Below are positions 57,889 through 64,000 of a DNA stretch of 64,000 bases, one piece after another. The notes under the pieces are model-generated. The model saw nothing but the letters and a program-made list of their open reading frames with translations, ran no database searches and was not told the DNA's origin. Source of the stretch: Selaginella moellendorffii (Eukaryota > Plantae > Lycopodiophyta); assembly GCF_000143415.4 (NCBI RefSeq), contig NW_003314295.1, positions 1,223,923-1,287,922 of the forward strand, given 5' to 3'. Made by a program: the position numbers and the translations under genes. How positions within the stretch are numbered: position 1 is the stretch's first letter; every line of letters begins with the position of its first letter.

Positions 57889-58950
57889 ATGGAGTTTCTC
57901 TTGGGAAAGATTGTCCCTCGTTTCGAGTTGCCTCTTCTTCCAAACAACATCCCCTGTGCTTGCCACCCGGATTCCTCCTCTCTTAGCCAGGAACTCGATG
58001 AATGGTTCATTTCCAAGTTAGGCATCACTGACGAGAGCGCCCAGAAGAAGATCGTCCAGTCGAGAATCATGATCTTTGCTTGCTTGATGCATCCCAATGG
58101 CGAGAGGGACAGAGTCCTCCTGGCAGGGAAGCATTTGTGGGTGTGCTTCTTGGTGGATGACATCCTCGAGTCAAGCACCAGGGAAGCCTATGGCAGCCTC
58201 AAATCCATCGTCTGGAGCATTGCCACCACTGGAATCTACAAAGCATCCAATGAGGAGCATGATCATTGTCTCGTGCTGCTGCTCTACCAGGAAGTTTTGG
58301 CGGAACTCCGCAAGAAAATGCCCAGTTCTTTATTCACTCGCTATTGCAAGATCCTCTCAAGCTACCTGGATGGCGTCGAGGAGGAGGTCAAACACCAGGT
58401 GAAGAACACGATCCCGAGCAGCGAGGAGTATCGGCTCCTTCGCCGCCGCACTGGATTCATGGAGGTGATGGCGTGCATCATGACCGAGTTCTGCGTTGGA
58501 ATCAAGCTCGAGGAGTCGGTTGTAAACTTGGGAGAGATCCGTAAGCTCGTCAAGGTCATGGACGACCACATTGTCATGGTGAACGACCTCCTGTCACTTC
58601 GCAAGGAGTATTACAGCAGCACCATTTGCCATAACTGGGTGTTTGTTTTGCTTGCGGATGGCTGTGGCACTTTTCAGGAGAGTGTGGATCATGTTTGCGA
58701 AATGATCAAGCAGGAGGAGGGTTCGATTCTGGATTTGCAGCAGAAACTTATTATCAAGGCAAAGGTGGACAAAAATCCGGAGCTTCTCAAATTTGCATGT
58801 AATGTTCCAATGGCAGTTGCTGGTCATCTAAAGTGGTCTTTCATTACGGCTCGTTACCATGGGTGTGACAATGCTTTGCTCAATGGTGAGTTGTTTCATG
58901 GAACTTGGCTCATGGATCCCAATCAAACAATAATCCAGAAAAACATATAG
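57889..58950 (+). CDS. MTPSL: Microbial-type terpene synthase-like protein, intronless, 353 aa (start MEFLLGK)
   Basis: [31 protein letters not shown]; colinear with 3505-4566 (about 84% identical by manual count). Confidence 0.93.
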   Translation: MEFLLGKIVPRFELPLLPNNIPCACHPDSSSLSQELDEWFISKLGITDESAQKKIVQSRIMIFACLMHPNGERDRVLLAGKHLWVCFLVDDILESSTREAYGSLKSIVWSIATTGIYKASNEEHDHCLVLLLYQEVLAELRKKMPSSLFTRYCKILSSYLDGVEEEVKHQVKNTIPSSEEYRLLRRRTGFMEVMACIMTEFCVGIKLEESVVNLGEIRKLVKVMDDHIVMVNDLLSLRKEYYSSTICHNWVFVLLADGCGTFQESVDHVCEMIKQEEGSILDLQQKLIIKAKVDKNPELLKFACNVPMAVAGHLKWSFITARYHGCDNALLNGELFHGTWLMDPNQTIIQKNI

Positions 58951-59149
58951 TTTTTATCGTGGAAATTTTGGTAACGTGCAACTCAATAATGTAACAAATA
59001 AGTTCTCTGTTTTAATAATTCTCAGTTGGTTAGAGCACGTTCTCTGTTTTAATAATAGCACCCGTTTAGTAAGCGCGACGACTCTGAGTGAAAGCAAGAA
59101 AGTTAAACGTTGCACCTCTTAGCGAGCTCTCTTTCATGCCACCAGCTTG

Positions 59150-59370
59150 ATGATCTCTGGTTCGCGCGCCCCAGAAAATCGATCAAGCTTTACGTCAATC
59201 CATTCCCAAACTAGCTCTGCATCTCCTCAAAGATTTCCCAGGCCTTGTCAAGCGCGATTTGCAGCGATAGGAAAGTGATTGTGTTTGGACGAACTCCATC
59301 CCCTCCAAGCCTTTTTTCCCCTCAATCAATGACTAGCATTGCATTCCCTGCACCATCTTAGCCCCCTCTA
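59150..59370 (-). pseudogene. PPR gene relic
   Basis: GVRPNTITFLS, LDKAWEIFEEM, LIDFLGRA with stops. Confidence 0.6.
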
Positions 59371-59500
59371 ATTATAAGTCATATTCCAATCCAATTTTTG
59401 ATAGCAATTTTTTGCTTTTTTTTTCTCCGAGCCACCAAGCCAAGTATCCCGGCATTCATGAGAACAACAAATACCTAAGACATACAGATCAAAGAAACTA

Positions 59501-62500
59501 CTAGTTTTTAAGACTCGCGCTCCTTGGAGTAAAATAGCCAAGTAGAGATTGCTGCTGCTTGCCACTAGTGGGAGGGCTCACTCGCTTTCTCGCTTTGGAA
59601 GACGAAACAACGGGTGCTTTGTTCTCCTGTAAATAGGGAAAATAAAAGAGAGACATTAGAACACGACTTTGTGATGGTTTCCATCCCATCTCACCTTGTC
59701 TCCGATGGATTCGTTTGGATTGGAAGCTTTTACTGGCTTCGGCACCTAGAACAATCACTCCACGGTGAATTAATCGATAAAAATTTAGCAACTGTTACCT
59801 TGGCGACGTTCCTCGGAAGAGGACTGAGACGTATCCTCTTGGAGGTCTTGCTACCAACGTCCGCGCTCGGTGACGAGTCAGTGATGATGTCCGCACACGG
59901 CTCAATGTCATCTGGCCTCTCGGAAAAGATTCGCTTGTGCCGGTTTGATTGCTTCAAAACCGGAGACTCCTGGACACTCGTGAGCGCTTGACTGACTATA
60001 GCCTTCTCCGCGTTCCTACTGGAATGGACCGTTAGCCAGACAGTTTTACGATTGAATGAAGAAAACTCGCCTCTCACTTGGCGTGTCTTCTAGTATCCTA
60101 ACAAGTCTTTTCACTCGTCCCGCGAGGACGGCGTCCGAAGGATACTGCAAAAAAATTATTAGACACTGAAGTACTAAGAAAAGCGAGACGCACCTCATCT
60201 ATCATCGAAGCGAAGCAGAGAGAAGCATCAGCCCTGCAAGAATTAGTACACAAAAACAAAAACAAAATGGACGGTGAAATCAGTATCAAACTATAGACGT
60301 TATAGGAACCTTATTGATTTGAACGCCTTGTGTCCATGCATATGCACGCCTTTTAGCAAATCCAAGTCTTCAGCTTCACCCCACCACGTAGGAAGTTTTT
60401 TCGACCTGAATATACGTAAGCTTACGAACGAAAACTCGGTGCCTGGTACCTGGGCAGTCCTAGCCATAAGTTGTCCAGCTTTAGAGCCTTCGCAATAGCT
60501 TGACGTTCACGAACAATCTCCAAATACCTGCAGGAATTCCATAAGTCAGAGTAACGGTAAATAATGTCTTACTTCGTGGCATTTTTTTCCAGTCGTTGCA
60601 TGAATGCGGGAGAGTTGAGGGCTTTCTCAGCCTTGGGTGGTAAAACTGGAGGCACAATGATAGAATCCGGCTTTGCGTTTTTCATCACCGCATAGTGGCA
60701 CAGCTCAATAATCGCCTGAGTAACTTCTTCTACTTCCAGTGAGTCACGATCTTTAAACAGCTCGTCTCCTGCATCATTAAGAATTTGAAGTGAAGGTATG
60801 AACAAATAGAGCGGGCCAACTTACTCTGAGGTGTCCCATACATTAAAATGGAAAGCTCAACGCGTTGCACTTCTTGAACACTCCAGGTTCGATTTGGGTT
60901 TCCATCACTGTTGCTCTGATCGTCGTCACTCCTACTGTCACCGTCATCGTCATCACTCGAGTTCTCGGTCTTTTCCGCGTAGTTTACTCTTTTTCTCCGA
61001 GGACCTTCGAGGCTGATGCTTTCTACATCTTCCTTCACCTCACATGCTTCTGGCATAAGATTTTTCCAAAACTCTTCGGCTCCCACATTGCTGAAGTCCG
61101 GACTAGGATCAGCAGTTGCATTGTCAAGCGAAACAAAGGTGGCAACCGAGAAAGTATTGTTTCCTCGCCTGAAATAGACAGACATTATGCTTTAGCCGAA
61201 AGAATGTTGTATTCTCACCCTCCAATTGTTCTTTTCTGTGTCCTCTGTTGTAGGATTTGGTCTATATCCTCAGCACGAAAAGCTGCAGCATCCTCCTCCC
61301 CGTCCTCCTGCAAGTACTTTACTTGCAGCAGCTACACGAAGCTTGTACGATACCTTCAAAACATATGCACCATGCCTTAAAAGGCTCTCGATGTTTTTAG
61401 TAAAATCAGGTTGGTCCTCTGCGAATCTCCCCAATACAGCCTCGTCCAGCCCATACTTCCGTGAAGAACACTCGAACAAGTGTTGCTCGTAGGTGTTTCG
61501 TGTTATCAAACGATAAATCCTGACGTCTTTCGTTTGACCGATTCTACAATAACAACATGGATGACTTAGCAAAGGTTTAACGTTAGGAGTACCTGTGACA
61601 CCGTGCCATCGCTTGAAGATCATTTTGAGGATTCCAGTCTGAATCATAAATTATGCATGTATCCGCCTACAAAAAACCGCAAATGTTTATTTTGAATCAG
61701 CAAGAAAAAGGCTGACTTACAGCTGTGAGAGTGATCCCCAACCCCCCAGCGCGAGTGCTCAATAAAAAGGCAAAGGTCTTACAATCGTTCGCAGAATACC
61801 GATCGATAGCTGCCTGCTTGAACAGGTCCCAGTTAAGGATGCTGAAAGCAATTGTTCAAGATCTTACCTGTCGTTCGGAACCCCGAATCTTCCCGTCAAT
61901 CCTCTCAAACGTGTACCCTTCAGAAGAGAGATAATCTTCTAGAATATCCAGCATGATTGTAAACTATCATTCAATACAAAAACAAGTCAAACTATAGAAG
62001 CTCCAGGATAAAAACCTGAGAGAAGATGAGAACGCGGCGATTTGAATCTCGCAACATTGGCAGAAGTTTGTTCAAAAGAACCATTTTCCCAGAACTTTGA
62101 ACCAGATTCGAAACACTCGAGGCCTTCAAAATTAAGGGATGAGACAAGTAAAGAGCAATAGAAGAACCTCACATTTGCATGCTTGGAAGCAAAATCCTCT
62201 TCAAGCCCATCACATAGGAACGGGTGATTACAAAGCTTGCGAAGTTCCATAGCCTGAAAGAGCGTATCGGAATTAGACAAATTTCATGGAGAACGGTACC
62301 ATATTCCGCAGGTTCGGCATATTACTAGGTTGAGTCCCTTTAATTAAATCAGATATTCTATTCTCGTAAAGCGCCCTGTAGTACGCTCGTTGACCTTTGG
62401 TCAGTTCCACCCAAATAATAGTCTGAAGAACATAAAACTTTAGACATGAATAACAATCGCCATACAGTTCGTACCTCTTCCTTTAACGGAATGCTCTTCT

Positions 62501-64000
62501 CCACGTCTTCCTTCATGCGACGCAAGAGCCTAGGCCGCAAAACATTTTCTTGAAGATCTTTCACCTGCATTGTGGTATCTTAGAACGAAGTAGTTTACAT
62601 GACCATTGAAGAGATACCTGTTCAATATCTTTGATACTTCCATATTTGTTCATAAAGCTCTCTTCCGAGTCAAATTTATCTGGATCAAGGAAGCTTAAAA
62701 GGCTACTGCTCAAAAGTAAATTTCAGAAACGTCAGAACAAACATTCGCATTTCAACGCAACTTACAAGAGCTCTTTAGTGTTGTTTTGGATGGGTGTGCC
62801 GGTCAAAAGAAGAAGGCCTCCTTGTCTGACATCCATACACCCGAGAGCATGCGCAGTCTTGGATTCTTTAGACTTCAACCTGAAACAGCAACATAAACTG
62901 TCAAAGTAAAAAGATTTAGCTAGCCTGTACCGGTGGGCTTCGTCAACAACCACGTACTGCCACGACACTTTCGCAAGAAAGCTTCGGTCTTTCATTATGA
63001 TTTCAAAACTGCTCAAAAGAACCTAGAAACAAAATTATCAGTTTTACCAGCTTAAAGTGAGAACAATTTTCTTACAGTAAATTTCGGATTTCCTCGTGTA
63101 CTCCAGAACTCGTACTGTTGAATTATAGCACGATCCTCCTGGCTTCCCATGTAAACGACACAATTCATATCGGTCAGCGATTCGATTTCTCTTTGCCAGT
63201 GACCGAGCGTTGATACAGGCGCGACAATCAGGAATGGTCCCTCAATCCTTTTCTTGTAACGCAAGTTCTCCAGCATCGCAACAGACTGTAAGCATAGGAT
63301 TTAGCATTGTGAGAAACGAAATGAAAAGACTTACCTGTATAGTTTTCCCCAGTCCCATTTCATCGGCAAGAATGCAGTTCACCTTAAGGTGGAAGTTCCG
63401 ATCCAGCCATGCCACCCCGTCCTTCTGATACTCACGCAGTGCACGTCCATCTTTGAAGCCTGTAGATATATTGCGAGGCTTTGAAGATGGACCAAATGCT
63501 CTGAATTTAGCGAGAGCTGCTTTCTCTGCCGCCATGGACTCTTCGATTTCCCAGGTCGCATCTGTGTATGGGAGACCTTTCCACTTGACGTAGACTTTCT
63601 TTGTTCTCCCGCGCTGCTCAAGTGCTACCACCCTGTCGACGATGAGGTACTGCGGATCAAAGGCAGGACCACTTTCAACAGTCCCCAGATGTCCATCAAC
63701 TCTTCCAAGCGCATCTAAACGCTTGTGGAAGCTCCGCAGGAGTTGAGGGGAGTACTTTTGCAACACCGCCTCTGTGACGTTCACGGCATTCCTGTAGCTT
63801 CTGCCATACTCCTTGACGCAATACACCGCAGCACCGCTTGATCGGTTTCTCACCGCCAGTATCTTCTCGGCTTGCTTGAGTACCTTGGCAACCGGCCGAA
63901 AAGCTCCTTCAACTTCCAATCCATGCATGGTAACCGCATAACGAGGCGACCGCACTGCTTGCTCGGTCCCATCTTCCGACTCACTGCTTGCGCTATCATC
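59501..64000 (-). CDS. CHD-family chromatin remodelling ATPase (chromodomains plus SNF2 helicase), multi-exon, 5' end outside the window; CHD6-9/Kismet-like
   Basis: [15 protein letters not shown] (chromodomain), [80 protein letters not shown]; many short GT-AG introns; probable stop at 59501. Confidence 0.92.

Overview
Eukaryotic plant genomic DNA with short GT-AG introns, PLS-class PPR genes and intronless microbial-type terpene synthases. The gene content strongly suggests the lycophyte Selaginella (inference, not verified). The window is a heavily rearranged array of microbial terpene synthase-like (MTPSL) genes: two intact 353-aa genes (3505-4566 minus; 57889-58950 plus) and three pseudogenes. 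Other host genes are an 8-exon histidine-phosphatase/PGM-like gene, an NHL-repeat membrane protein gene, a duplicated orphan His/Pro-rich single-pass membrane ORF, an intact PLS-E PPR gene with several PPR relics, and the 3' part of a CHD chromatin remodeller that resembles CHD6-9/Kismet and ends in a PIP-box. A ~6.5 kb segmental duplication (about 6370-12910 vs 19998-28220) supplies empty-site controls for insertions. Mobile DNA includes four Ty3/gypsy elements (one nested, one apparently self-priming), a Cassandra-like TRIM with 5S rRNA-like LTRs, a gene-capturing Helitron with a chimeric ORF, two solo LTRs and Harbinger relics. There is one 100-N gap at 14892-14991. All calls are from reading the sequence by eye; no searches were run.
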